DNA of 60,535 bases from Thermoplasmata archaeon (GCA_003551675.1 PUNG01000152.1:71377-131911); one strand, 5' to 3'; counted from the first letter of the stretch, positions 43,346-55,886 are shown. The notes: a model not told the origin generated them from the letters alone. Numbers and translations: made by a program.

Positions 43346-44890
43346 ATGGTTAGCCGGAATAGGTTGATACCTGTGATACTGATCGTCTTACTGGTCAGTT
43401 TTACTTTTATATCTCCTTTGAGCGCTAGCCAGGATCCAACAGAGATCACGCCCTTCATCGGTGAAGATGACGATTATGAGAAGGAGGTCGAGGTGGGTGA
43501 AAAAACAACCTTCAGATGGACAGTTTACTTTAACGTATCGGAACCATATGCGGTGAAAGTGGTCACAGAAGGTTTTGAAACCTGCCATACGGAGCTCACT
43601 CCCGACTTCTTTATCCTCCATGAGGACGAGAGTCACAGGATAGTGACCTTGACCGTTGAATTACCCAGGGCCCCTGAAAGGAGGGTAAAGGAAGGAGAGG
43701 TGAATTTCACTTTTAGACGTTTGGATGAGGCAGAACCTCGGTACCAGGAAAGTAGAAGAGCTAGGATCGAGGTGACAGGTCTTCCTCCAGTAGAAGATGA
43801 AAATACCATAGTAGGCGGATATGAGAATCCCCTACCTGAACCTTTCGACGGGCCTTTAGGTGCTTTCTTATTGAATTTATTGATATGGTTTATCATAGGT
43901 ATGATCTCTTTTTTTGTAGTAACCCCCATACTTCATGCACTAGCTAGGAAGACAAAAACTGACCTAGATGAAAAGATAATCGTGATGATAAGGTTCCCTA
44001 TACTGATATTGATATTTTTATATGGGATGATTTATTCCTTATTCAGATTGGATATACCCTTTGACATAAGGGCGAGCGTATTTCAACTCTACGCACTGGC
44101 AGTTTTGGTCATCGGGATCTATCTTTCTTATAAGGTACTAGGTGCCGTTTTAAATGAGATAGCGGTCAGACGAGGAGGGAAAAAATCACCGTTCGGTATA
44201 GTCTTGAAACCCGTTTTTGAGAAGATCGGTTTGATAATCATCCTACTCATCGGTCTGATCATATCATTTAGAATATTAGGTATAGAGGTCACCGCGGTCC
44301 TGGCGGGAGCGGGTGTTCTTGGTCTGGTAGTTGCATTTGCGGCACAAGACACGCTTTCTAATTTTTTCAGTGGTATTCATCTTCTCATGGACAGGCCTTT
44401 TGCGATGGGCGACGTTCTACTCCTTGAGAGCGGAGAGTACTGCAGAGTGGAAAAAGTGGGTATGAGAAGCACAAGGTTGTACAATATAAGGGATCACGAG
44501 ATGATAATCTTACCTAATACTGCCATAGCTAATCAAAAGATAGTCAACGTGGCGAAGCCGGACTCGAAGATAAGAGTGCTGGTAAACGTCGGCGTAGCGT
44601 ATGGTTCTGACATAGAACGGGTCAAGGAGATACTGTATGACGTTCTCGAAGATCACGAAGATATAATCCACGAAGAAGGATTTGAACCAGTGGTGCGGTT
44701 CACTGAGTTCAGCGATTCTAGTTTGGACTTCAACGTTCGGTTTTGGGTAGACCATTATCTAAAACAGTGGGACGTCGCTAGTGTCATAAGGGATAGGATC
44801 GACAAGGAATTCAGAGATGCGAAGGTAACTATACCTTTCCCACAGCGTACTGTTTGGCTGAAAAACGAAGACGGGAAAGATAAGAAGTAA
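43346..44890 (+). CDS. Mechanosensitive ion channel (MscS family) with an extracytoplasmic N-terminal domain
   Basis: An N-terminal signal/TM is followed by a soluble region of about 150 aa and then TM helices. The MscS signature is FAAQDTLSNFFSGIHLLMDRPFAMGDV. The ATG at 43346 is preferred over the TTG at 43307. Confidence 0.85.
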   Translation: MVSRNRLIPVILIVLLVSFTFISPLSASQDPTEITPFIGEDDDYEKEVEVGEKTTFRWTVYFNVSEPYAVKVVTEGFETCHTELTPDFFILHEDESHRIVTLTVELPRAPERRVKEGEVNFTFRRLDEAEPRYQESRRARIEVTGLPPVEDENTIVGGYENPLPEPFDGPLGAFLLNLLIWFIIGMISFFVVTPILHALARKTKTDLDEKIIVMIRFPILILIFLYGMIYSLFRLDIPFDIRASVFQLYALAVLVIGIYLSYKVLGAVLNEIAVRRGGKKSPFGIVLKPVFEKIGLIIILLIGLIISFRILGIEVTAVLAGAGVLGLVVAFAAQDTLSNFFSGIHLLMDRPFAMGDVLLLESGEYCRVEKVGMRSTRLYNIRDHEMIILPNTAIANQKIVNVAKPDSKIRVLVNVGVAYGSDIERVKEILYDVLEDHEDIIHEEGFEPVVRFTEFSDSSLDFNVRFWVDHYLKQWDVASVIRDRIDKEFRDAKVTIPFPQRTVWLKNEDGKDKK

Positions 44891-44987
44891 AAAGTTGAAA
44901 AGATGATATAGATCTTTTTTGAGAGTATAGACCGTAAATTATACAAACGTTGTTCACTTTCACCGACCTCGTCAGAGTAAGATCGTC

Positions 44988-45515
44988 ATGAACATGATAC
45001 AATGGTTGCAGTCAAAGATAGTCCTCATAGCTGTTGTAGTAATCATGATATCCTCAGTAACTACCTTTTTTTATTATCAGATAGGTGAACTCGAAGAACA
45101 GGAGTTGGAGGGCAGAGGTCGAAAACTTTCTCGGATAATAACCGATATGCAAAATTCGGGAGTGGATGAGATGAGCCAGAGAGTGACTTTTCACGAGGAA
45201 AATGACGGAATATATCTCTCTCCAGAGGTGAATGGGGATCCGTATGACATGGAGATAACTACCGGCTATTTGAGGTTGAAACAGGACGGTACAGAAAAGA
45301 TCATACCTTTGAACACCAATATTCACCTATGGGAACCCGGGATGATGAACCATACGGGTTATCTGAGTCCAGAAGAGATGGAATGGCGTGATGGAAGAGA
45401 ATCATCTCTTGAATTACGGGCGGGAGATGTGGGTCTCAAGCTGATTTCACTACGATTATATGATGGCAGTGCTCATGAGAACCACATATTTATCAGGGAG
45501 GTGCCCTCTAGTTGA
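44988..45515 (+). CDS. N-terminally anchored small protein, paralog of CDS 18862..19377
   Basis: The N-terminal TM is IVLIAVVVIMISSVTTFFYY. It shares blocks with the 171-aa protein (see 18862). Its stop overlaps the start of the giant gene by 4 nt. Confidence 0.7.
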   Translation: MNMIQWLQSKIVLIAVVVIMISSVTTFFYYQIGELEEQELEGRGRKLSRIITDMQNSGVDEMSQRVTFHEENDGIYLSPEVNGDPYDMEITTGYLRLKQDGTEKIIPLNTNIHLWEPGMMNHTGYLSPEEMEWRDGRESSLELRAGDVGLKLISLRLYDGSAHENHIFIREVPSS

Positions 45516-48500
45516 GAGGCTTTTTCGACCTTGCGGAGGATGAAAATGCAGTTATGGTTTTCGTGTTAGTAGGTGTGGTTCTACTGATACTGTCGTTTTT
45601 GGCAGGGGTCCTTTTTGCTAGGATCCAACTAGATGCACAGAGAGAAATCTCGGACACCGCTGATCTAAAAGAAGTTGATGGAGAATTTGAGAAGATCAAG
45701 AGAGAGCTAGAGAGTGCGGCCTGGGAATCGGGATTGAAAGCCGTGGAAAAAGTTAGAGAAGACGTATCCAAGAGTGGCGACGGCTACACTCTCGCCGAGC
45801 TCCAATCGAAGGTAGGAACTAATACCACACGGATATTTGAAAACTATTTCCGAGAAAATCACGAAGGCATCTCTCAGGTGGGTGGATACGAAGCAAGTTT
45901 TCATCTGAGACCTATACCTGATGGATGTCCAGACATAGAGATGATCCCACTGTATATCAGGGAGCAGAGAGGCGAAGAGTTAAGATGGGAAGAGATACCC
46001 GGATTTTTTAGAGTGAGCAGGACTGTCCATGTTGATCTAAGGAATGAAATAACCGACACATTTTCCAGCAGAAAGATGACCATAAGTAGGACGGTGGAGA
46101 CCAACTTTTTTCTGATGGCCGAGAGGATGGAAAACTTCAGGTTGGAGAGGATAAGAAAATCTGTGGATCTGATGAGTTCAGCCTATTTACATGCAAAGAT
46201 ATTTGATAGCAGTGGTTTGAGTGAATTCGAGGTCGAAGGTGATTGGTTTGAAGTCTCTTTTGAAGATCATTTCAACACGAATTGGCTAGAGGAGTACGAC
46301 GGCGTATCTGGAGGGTTTGGAAGTCACTATGTAGATACCAGGGAAGATCAGGGAGATATTTTTTTGGGGTATGAACGGGACATAGGGCCTGTTAGTGCTC
46401 ATGAACTTATCGACGAAGACGAGATCCAAGCCATCGTTGAATTAGCACTTCTATTAGAACAGGCACGGGTGTTCCGTTCCTATGATGAAGAACTGCTGGA
46501 TCGAACTGCAGACAGTTTTGGAGTAGAACAGGATACGCTGTTGGGATATCTAGGGGACGGTGTGGAGAACAAAGTGAATCTTGAAGCGTTGATAATCCGG
46601 CTATTTCAAGATAGGGGTACGCTATCAAAAGATATGTTTTACCCTGGTCCTTTTTTGAACAGAACGTTAGAAGGTGATCTTTTAAGTATAATAGATGATA
46701 ACGAAGATTGGGTTAACACTACTTTCGGTATGATGAAAAGGTTGTTTGAAGGTGAGTTGTTAGGTGAAGGTAACAGATGGGAGTTCCAAGACCTTTCTGA
46801 GAACGTGACACATCCTTCTGACATATCGGCTGAAAAAAGCTACTTGCGAACTTTGATAAGTCTCTATTCGAACAACGTAGATGTGATCTTTGAAAGTTTT
46901 AAAGTCGATGAACTAGAAGTAAAAGAATATGTTGAAGATGAGATCCAAAATCTTGGTCCTCTGCCTTGGATGGAGAACAAAAAGATGATAGGTCCTGAAG
47001 GTGTAGATAAAATCACAGCCTCAATACTTCACACCGCTAAGAATCTTTCCGTCTCTTTAGGATTTCAGGATTCATCTTCTACTGAAGGCGCTACTCCTTT
47101 CTATTACACATTTTTTCTTTCGGACTGGGGTTTTGACGAACCCTTTGAGGGGAAGCTCGATACTGAAAAAAGACTGAACACCTATAATATGCAGAGGGTG
47201 ATCGAAGGTAAAATAAGTAACGAGATCGAAACCAGGAAGGACACCTTTGAGGACAAGGCTGAAAGTGAATTCGAGATGATCCAAGATTTGGTGAAGAACT
47301 ACAACCGGACTTTAAAAGAAGGGGGCAAGGAAGACCACCCTGGATGGAGAGAGGTGTGGGACGATCTCAATAGTACTCTAGAAGTAGTAAAAAATCTTTC
47401 TAGCAATGAACTCTTTGAAGAAGGTGAAGAGGGCAACATCACGTCTGTGTTGGACGAAAACTACTCCTTATTGAAGAAGCTAGAGGGAGATATCGATGGA
47501 GAAATAAGCGAATGGAACAGTGATATCGAGGATCATACACGGAACATAATACAGATACAGAAAAATTTTACCAAGAACGAGTGGACTTACGAAGTGTATA
47601 GTTATTTGGATGATGAGTTGGATGAAAAAAGTGGTAAGGAGGTTTTGGGTCTGATCGATGATTTTTTGAAAGCCCCTTCCTGCGAGTTGACGGAAAGGTT
47701 CGACTGGACATTAGAAAATTACTATGTGCATGAAGATATAACTATACCTCCCGAAGATCCTAAAGAGTCCGTAGGGCACGCCACTCTCGGTAATTTCACC
47801 GAGCATCTCAAAAGGGATTTTCTTCTTCCCTTGGATTACTCAAATCTATACGATCTTTTTAGGCGCATAAATATAAATTTATTTGACTTATCATCTCCTC
47901 GTGATGGTGAAGAAGAGGAAAGCTTGAGCAGGTTATGGTCCATACTTTTGGGCAGGGGGGACCCTTTTTCAGAACATCTTTCTGGTATCGAGTCCGTTAT
48001 GGACTCTCTGGTCATCGAAGACGATGATATACATTCTGACCAACTTTCAGAGATAGATACCTGGTTCATCGAAGACAGTTTTACTCGCTCTATAGAAAAG
48101 TTAGAAGGAGTAAAAGAAGAATTGAGAGAAAAGTCCCATGAACTGTTGAAAGAAGATCTTGATGAGAACGCATACGAAGGATATGCGGATGCGAGTTTTT
48201 ACCGAACGGCAGAGATGTTTTTAGAGAACATGATCAACGATATGGAAGGGCACGTTGCAAGTATCGTCGAAAAACAGAAAAGGTCGGGATATCTTTTTGA
48301 AAATGGAGGTGAGATAAGGAGTCTTCCGGTTTGTGCACTTCCTCTAGGGGGATTGACCGTATGGAACAATCGGTCGATAGAATACGGCTCTTCGTTCACT
48401 TTGGAACTTGAAGTTCATCTTGAAAGTGAGCATGATCTGATAGATATCCAAGAACGATCAGAAACCACTATCAGGGAATACCTCGGAGAAGTAAATTCTA

Positions 48501-50905
48501 CGAAGGAATGGGTAAACCCCTTTTCAAAAGAGTACAAAGATCACTACCGCACCAATATATTTGTTGAATTTAACACGTCCGAGATGGACTTAAGGTTGAA
48601 AACAGGAGATAGTAAGCTGTTCACTTTTGAGAAATATTCTTCAGAGGAGGTTCGACGAACTTATAGCGCTGGAAACCACCGTGGAGTGATGGAAGTTCTG
48701 ACACCTATGCCCCTTCTTGATAGGGATTACAAACCGTCATCCTTGGTTGACCACGAGATACGGGGTGCGTCTTTTGAACGGAACGTTTTCAATGTCTCGG
48801 AAAATAGGGTAGAACTGTCCTTGGATATTTGGGTGAGTGATGATGAACAAACTTTTACCGTAGAAGTCCTAAAAGAAGGCAGAGGAAGGAGGGTCGTCCC
48901 CAATCAATGGGGAAGATACAATCATTACTCAAATCTGAGAGAAGAAGATGAAAATCCTGTGATTCTATTCAGTGAAAGCGTTGAGGTAAAAGGAGGTACC
49001 CATGAAGATACGGAGCTTTCATTTGAGCTGGACACGGATAAATTTTTCAAGGAGGAATATAAAGAAAAACATCTTATAATCAGAGTGAAACCAGATATAG
49101 TGATGAATAGGATGCAAGATGAACAGGCTCTTGAACAGAAATATAGCGAGTCTTTTTCATCCCATGTTCCTTCTTTCACGTCTACTGAACAAGTTTTTTT
49201 AGTCAGTGATAAAGAGGCGTACATAGGTGTTTTCAGGATGGATAACGAAGCTAAAGGTGAATTTGATCTGGTAACGGGTCTACCTGAAAACAGTTGGGTG
49301 ATAGAAAAGGATGGGATTCCTTTCATGATCGATTTAGAAGAGGTCATGGAGTACAGTAAAATCATATCTGGTAGGTATGGTCCTGCATCTACTTTGGAAA
49401 AGGCCAATATCCCTGTAGAAGCGGTTGTAGATGCAGGTGCGTCTGAAACCAAGATAACCCGTTTGCCAGAAAGTTGGTACCGTCTTGTGCTGGAAGATCC
49501 TTTTTCTCTAGTATTCATGGGCGCCCATGGCGAAAAAAATCATCTTTATCCAACAAGAGTGCTACCCTCATTGGAAGGGAAAGAACTCAACGAGGATATG
49601 TGGAGATCCTTTCAAAAATCGGCAGAATCCAAAGGCAGTTTGATAGGAAACGAGGCATACATATCTCTTCCCTCTCTGTTCCATACCACCGGAGCTAGAT
49701 ACATGGAGGGGGATGAGATCATGAAGGATCCAGGCGCAGGAACGAGTGGATATTTTTACTATGACCTCGAATCTCATAATTCTCCTGGGAGGATAGAACA
49801 GACCTATCGAGCGGTCGAAGATCTGGGAGAGATCTTAGCTAAATTAGAGGTAACTAGGGATAAAATAACGGCTCCATATGGTATGGGTGAGAAGAGCGAT
49901 GTGTTGAGAGAGACGGGGCTTTTCGAAGAGTTTTTAAGGACCGACCCTACCAAGAGGGAAGAACTGTTTTTGGCGGCTTGCAGAGCGCGAGATGAGATGG
50001 GTAGAGTTGAAGAGTTGAAAGACAGGTATCCTGCGTTCAGCAAAGGTTCGATAGCGCTGAGTCTGGACATTTTGGGGGAAGATCTAACTGAGCAGGCACT
50101 GAGTTGGTTTGAAGAAGAGGATTATAACGAGCCGGTGAAGGAGCTAAGGGCTTTTCTTTCTTTCGATGGAACCTTTTTGAAAGAACTCCCCGAGAAGCTC
50201 GGCGAAGGAGACATGAGCTACAAGGAGGCGATAGGGGAACTGAGCGAGCAAATAGACATGGATTTCATGGACGCTAGGTCGTGGGGCGTCGAAGATCTTG
50301 ATGACGTTCATTCTTTAGATCATCTGCTCGATAATTTTAAAAAGGATTCTATAAGCACCTCGGTATCTCATGGATTGAGACCGAGCGCTTTGGATCGATC
50401 AGAATACGAGATAGATATCGACGAGTTTTCCAAGGACTTGGACGAACTTTCATCTTCAAGGTATTTCGTTGAATTCGTTCAGGAGATGAACTCAGGGAAC
50501 TATGAAAACCTCCCTTCCTTTTACTTCGCAGCTCGTGTCGAAGACTCCGAAGTTACTTGGATGCCCTTCGGAGATAAAGGTGCGCCCCTTCTCATAGAAG
50601 ATCGTATAGGATATTACTACATGAGTATGGCAGAGAACGTTTCAGGAGATGAACTTCGACAATTCATAAATCACACCATCACCGACTCTATTCAAGACAT
50701 GGAGGAGTCAAAAGACGGCTATGCACATAGGGAACGAGCTCTCATAATAATCGATGGAAGATTTGAACTGGAAGATGAGCAAAAAATCGAGCTTAAAAGA
50801 CACATCAAAAAAGTAACAGAGAGTCACTGCCCTCACCATCACATCGTAGGGGCTGTGGAATTGAGGAGCGAGGGTGAGCACGAGTTAAGATACGTTCATC
50901 TGTAG
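45512..50905 (+). CDS. Giant (1797 aa) N-terminally anchored protein of unknown function, paralog of CDS 19437..23762
   Basis: An uninterrupted 5.4-kb ORF whose TTG start overlaps the upstream stop. The N-terminus is DLAEDENAVMVFVLVGVVLLILSFLAGVLF. It has conserved N-terminal blocks collinear with the 1441-aa protein and a divergent, highly acidic remainder. Confidence 0.85.
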   Translation: MRGFFDLAEDENAVMVFVLVGVVLLILSFLAGVLFARIQLDAQREISDTADLKEVDGEFEKIKRELESAAWESGLKAVEKVREDVSKSGDGYTLAELQSKVGTNTTRIFENYFRENHEGISQVGGYEASFHLRPIPDGCPDIEMIPLYIREQRGEELRWEEIPGFFRVSRTVHVDLRNEITDTFSSRKMTISRTVETNFFLMAERMENFRLERIRKSVDLMSSAYLHAKIFDSSGLSEFEVEGDWFEVSFEDHFNTNWLEEYDGVSGGFGSHYVDTREDQGDIFLGYERDIGPVSAHELIDEDEIQAIVELALLLEQARVFRSYDEELLDRTADSFGVEQDTLLGYLGDGVENKVNLEALIIRLFQDRGTLSKDMFYPGPFLNRTLEGDLLSIIDDNEDWVNTTFGMMKRLFEGELLGEGNRWEFQDLSENVTHPSDISAEKSYLRTLISLYSNNVDVIFESFKVDELEVKEYVEDEIQNLGPLPWMENKKMIGPEGVDKITASILHTAKNLSVSLGFQDSSSTEGATPFYYTFFLSDWGFDEPFEGKLDTEKRLNTYNMQRVIEGKISNEIETRKDTFEDKAESEFEMIQDLVKNYNRTLKEGGKEDHPGWREVWDDLNSTLEVVKNLSSNELFEEGEEGNITSVLDENYSLLKKLEGDIDGEISEWNSDIEDHTRNIIQIQKNFTKNEWTYEVYSYLDDELDEKSGKEVLGLIDDFLKAPSCELTERFDWTLENYYVHEDITIPPEDPKESVGHATLGNFTEHLKRDFLLPLDYSNLYDLFRRININLFDLSSPRDGEEEESLSRLWSILLGRGDPFSEHLSGIESVMDSLVIEDDDIHSDQLSEIDTWFIEDSFTRSIEKLEGVKEELREKSHELLKEDLDENAYEGYADASFYRTAEMFLENMINDMEGHVASIVEKQKRSGYLFENGGEIRSLPVCALPLGGLTVWNNRSIEYGSSFTLELEVHLESEHDLIDIQERSETTIREYLGEVNSTKEWVNPFSKEYKDHYRTNIFVEFNTSEMDLRLKTGDSKLFTFEKYSSEEVRRTYSAGNHRGVMEVLTPMPLLDRDYKPSSLVDHEIRGASFERNVFNVSENRVELSLDIWVSDDEQTFTVEVLKEGRGRRVVPNQWGRYNHYSNLREEDENPVILFSESVEVKGGTHEDTELSFELDTDKFFKEEYKEKHLIIRVKPDIVMNRMQDEQALEQKYSESFSSHVPSFTSTEQVFLVSDKEAYIGVFRMDNEAKGEFDLVTGLPENSWVIEKDGIPFMIDLEEVMEYSKIISGRYGPASTLEKANIPVEAVVDAGASETKITRLPESWYRLVLEDPFSLVFMGAHGEKNHLYPTRVLPSLEGKELNEDMWRSFQKSAESKGSLIGNEAYISLPSLFHTTGARYMEGDEIMKDPGAGTSGYFYYDLESHNSPGRIEQTYRAVEDLGEILAKLEVTRDKITAPYGMGEKSDVLRETGLFEEFLRTDPTKREELFLAACRARDEMGRVEELKDRYPAFSKGSIALSLDILGEDLTEQALSWFEEEDYNEPVKELRAFLSFDGTFLKELPEKLGEGDMSYKEAIGELSEQIDMDFMDARSWGVEDLDDVHSLDHLLDNFKKDSISTSVSHGLRPSALDRSEYEIDIDEFSKDLDELSSSRYFVEFVQEMNSGNYENLPSFYFAARVEDSEVTWMPFGDKGAPLLIEDRIGYYYMSMAENVSGDELRQFINHTITDSIQDMEESKDGYAHRERALIIIDGRFELEDEQKIELKRHIKKVTESHCPHHHIVGAVELRSEGEHELRYVHL

Positions 50906-50930
50906 TCAGAGATTCTAACTACCCTCTTTT

Positions 50931-51068
50931 CATAAAAAATATAGCGGACGTCGTCGAATGCTAACGCACTCACCTTGCCCACTAATTTTCATAAAAAATA
51001 TAGCGGACGTCGTCGAATGCTAACGCACTCACCTTGCCCACTAATTTTCATAAAAAATATAGCGGACG
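50931..51068. repeat. 59-bp tandem direct repeat (2 full copies plus a 20-nt partial copy) running into the 3' end of tRNA-Arg
   Basis: CATAAAAAATATAGCGGACG starts at 50931, 50990 and 51049. The first two copies appear identical over the full 59 bp. The third diverges after 51068, which is 6 nt inside the tRNA (the tRNA 3' end is at 51063). Confidence 0.9.
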
Positions 51069-51137
51069 CGACGGGATTCGAACCCGTGATGTCTGCCTTA
51101 GAAGGGCAGCGCCATGTCCGAGCTAGGCCACGCGCCC
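51063..51137 (-). tRNA. tRNA-Arg(TCT) carrying a G3:U70 wobble pair
   Basis: Manual fold of the minus strand. Acceptor GGGCGCG/CGCGTCC, where pair 3-70 is G-T; T8 G9; D arm GCC(T)...GGC with GG in the loop. Anticodon stem CTGCC/GGCAG with loop CT-TCT-AA; variable loop ACATC. T arm ACGGG-TTCGAAT-CCCGT; discriminator G. Total length 75 nt. Confidence 0.85.
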
Positions 51138-51197
51138 ATGATAGTATTTTAGTCCCTCAATCCCAATCTATGACCAAATAAGAGTTTTTCCCCTTCT

Positions 51198-53723
51198 TCA
51201 CTCTTCGTTGATCTCTTTTTCCTCCCTAGGTTCTTCTGTCTCCTCTTCAGTGTCATCCTCGACGATCTCTTTTTCTTCTTCTTCACTGATAACTTTTGAC
51301 ATCGCATTCAGCCGGTCTCCTCTCTTGAGTTCCATCACTTTTACACCCATGGTGTTCCTACCCTGCTTGCTAATATCATCTACTTGGGTACGTATTATCA
51401 TACCCTTTTTACTCACAAGTATGATCTCCTGTCCTTCCTCCACCTTTGTAAGACAGACAACTTTACCGTTCCTTTCTCTGATGTTCATGGTTATGACTCC
51501 CTTGGCTCCTCGGTTCGTTTTTCTGTAATTCTTAACATCACACCGTTTGCCGTAACCCTTTTCGGTCAGGGTCAAAACAGTATCTTCTTGGTCCACTAGG
51601 GTCATACTGACCACCTCGTCGTTGTCTCTAAGGGTGGCTCCTTTAACGCCCATTGTATATCGACCAGTGGGCCTCACGTCGTTCTCTTCGAATCGTATAG
51701 CTTGCCCGTTTTTGGTGGCTAGCATCACTTCACCTCTTCCATCTGAGAGTTTCGTGTCTACCAATTCGTCGCCTTCTCTTAATCTTATGGCCCAGATGCC
51801 TGTGATCCTTGGATTACTGTAATCCGATAAGGAGGTTCTTTTGATCTTCCCCTCTTTGGTAGAGAACAGCAGATATTTGTCTTCGGAAAACTCGCTTACA
51901 GGGATAAGGTCTTCTATCTTTTCGTCAGGATCGAGTCGAGGTAACATGTTTACTATGGGTCTTCCTTTAGAGCGTCTGCTACCTTTGGGTAGTTTGTAGG
52001 CTTTGAGCCAATAGACTCTCCCCTTGTTTGTAAAGAACAGCAGATAATCATGTGAGTTTGAGATGAAAAGGTCAACTACATGATCTTCTTCTTTGGTGTC
52101 CATACCTATCAAGCCGACGCCTCCTCTCCTCTGTTTTCTGTAAGTCTCTACCGGTATCCTCTTTATGTATCCTTTTCGTGTCAAAGTTATCACTAGATCC
52201 TCTTCAGGTATCAGATCCTCTAGTTCTAACTCTACAGCGTCCTTATTTATCTCGGTTCTTCTTTCATCACCGTATTTCTCCGCGAGTTCATCTAGTTCTT
52301 CTTTTATTATCTCGAGGATCCTTTCTCTATCACCCAGTATCTCTTTGTACTCCTTTATCTCTTCCTGTTTCTCTTCATACTCGTCCTGAAGTTTTTCTCT
52401 CTCCAAACCGGTGAGTCTTCGAAGGCGCATATTTAGTATAGAAGTTGCCTGCTTTTCGCTAAGTAAAAACTCCGAGGTCAATCTTCTTTTCGCTTCGTCT
52501 TGTTCTTCAGAAGTGCGGATGATCTTTATCACTTTGTCAAGGTTATCTAAAGCCGTTAAAAGACCTTCTAATATGTGCGCTCTTTCCTGAGCTTTGTCCA
52601 AATCGAATTTCGTTCTGCGAGTAACCATGTCCACTCTATGATCGATATAGTGCTGTAGGGTTTCCTTAAGGTCTAGTATCTGTGGTTCGTCGTCCACCAG
52701 TGCCAGATTGATGACACCGAAAGTTACTTCCATCTGCGTATGTTTGAAGAGTTTATTCAAGGCAACTTCAGGTATCACACCTCTCTTCAGGTCAACCACG
52801 ATCCTGACTCCGTCTCTATCCGACTCGTCTCTTAGCCCTGATACCTCGGTTATCACATCGTCCTTCACCAATCTTGCTATGTCCTCCACGAGTTTAGCTT
52901 TGTTGACCTGGTATGGGATCTCGGTGATTATTATCCTGCTTCTGTCTCCTCCTAGATCCTCTATTTTAGTTCTCGCTCTTATCTTTATCTTCCCTCTACC
53001 TTCGTTATAAGCGTTATAGACACCGTTGTAACCGTAGATTATACCTCCTGTGGGAAAATCTGGACCTGGAAGTTCGTCCATCAGATCGATCATCTCAACA
53101 TCGGGTTCATCAATCTGTAGTTTTATCGCGTTCACCAACTCGTTTAAATTGTGAGGTGGTATATTGGTAGACATACCCACAGCTATACCGCTAGCACCGT
53201 TAAGCAAAAGGTTTGGGAGTTTAGCAGGCATGACTTCGGGTTCTTCCATACTTCCATCATAATTATCCCTGAACTCCACCGTATTTTTTTCCAGATCCTC
53301 CATCATCTCTTCCGCTATCTTCTCCAAACGCGTCTCGGTGTAACGCATCGCGGCAGCTTCATCGCCATCCATGGATCCAAAATTACCCTGTCCGTCCACC
53401 AATGGATAACGTAAAGAAAAATCCTGGGCCATCCTGACTAAAGCGTCATAAACAGCCTGATCTCCATGGGGATGGTATTTACCAAGTACGTCACCGACGA
53501 CCCTTGCGGACTTTTTGTGAGATTTGTTTGAACTCAAACCTTCCTGTTTCATGGAGTACAAGATCCTTCTATGGACCGGTTTCAATCCATCTTTAACGTC
53601 TGGTAATGCTCTGCCAACTATCACGCTCATGGCGTAATTGATGTAAGAGTCCTGCATCTCTTCTTCTATGTGTTTTGTATGAACTTCTTCAGCGATATCA
53701 ATATCTTCTTCAACTTCAGACAT
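51198..53723 (-). CDS. gyrA: DNA gyrase subunit A
   Basis: [14 protein letters not shown], the catalytic region AAAMRYTE, C-terminal beta-pinwheel repeats, and an acidic tail. Confidence 0.95.
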   Translation of the reverse strand: MSEVEEDIDIAEEVHTKHIEEEMQDSYINYAMSVIVGRALPDVKDGLKPVHRRILYSMKQEGLSSNKSHKKSARVVGDVLGKYHPHGDQAVYDALVRMAQDFSLRYPLVDGQGNFGSMDGDEAAAMRYTETRLEKIAEEMMEDLEKNTVEFRDNYDGSMEEPEVMPAKLPNLLLNGASGIAVGMSTNIPPHNLNELVNAIKLQIDEPDVEMIDLMDELPGPDFPTGGIIYGYNGVYNAYNEGRGKIKIRARTKIEDLGGDRSRIIITEIPYQVNKAKLVEDIARLVKDDVITEVSGLRDESDRDGVRIVVDLKRGVIPEVALNKLFKHTQMEVTFGVINLALVDDEPQILDLKETLQHYIDHRVDMVTRRTKFDLDKAQERAHILEGLLTALDNLDKVIKIIRTSEEQDEAKRRLTSEFLLSEKQATSILNMRLRRLTGLEREKLQDEYEEKQEEIKEYKEILGDRERILEIIKEELDELAEKYGDERRTEINKDAVELELEDLIPEEDLVITLTRKGYIKRIPVETYRKQRRGGVGLIGMDTKEEDHVVDLFISNSHDYLLFFTNKGRVYWLKAYKLPKGSRRSKGRPIVNMLPRLDPDEKIEDLIPVSEFSEDKYLLFSTKEGKIKRTSLSDYSNPRITGIWAIRLREGDELVDTKLSDGRGEVMLATKNGQAIRFEENDVRPTGRYTMGVKGATLRDNDEVVSMTLVDQEDTVLTLTEKGYGKRCDVKNYRKTNRGAKGVITMNIRERNGKVVCLTKVEEGQEIILVSKKGMIIRTQVDDISKQGRNTMGVKVMELKRGDRLNAMSKVISEEEEKEIVEDDTEEETEEPREEKEINEE

Positions 53724-53732
53724 TTTTTCACC

Positions 53733-55679
<1,947 letters not shown>

Positions 55680-55886
55680 CTACCTTTAAATCTGAATATA
55701 TGTTTCACAAACGACTGAAATAATCATACGATTTTCCAGCTTCATCGTTGCGGATTTAGAGTACATCCCGGGTTCTTTCAACCGAGTTTTCTAACACAAA
55801 AAATCACAAGGTTTCGGCCTATATTAATCTTTCCACCCCTGGGTATAAAAAGGACCCATACCCCTAGATATGTTCGTACTATAACT

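Noticed and set aside
50931-51068. Possible CRISPR array
   Set aside because: The units are directly contiguous with no unique spacers. There are only 2.3 copies, the units contain no palindrome, and no cas genes lie nearby. It is a plain tandem duplication.
50975-51181. 68-aa plus-strand ORF
   Set aside because: It runs through the 59-bp tandem repeats and is antisense to tRNA-Arg. Its repeated peptide content is an artefact of the DNA repeat.
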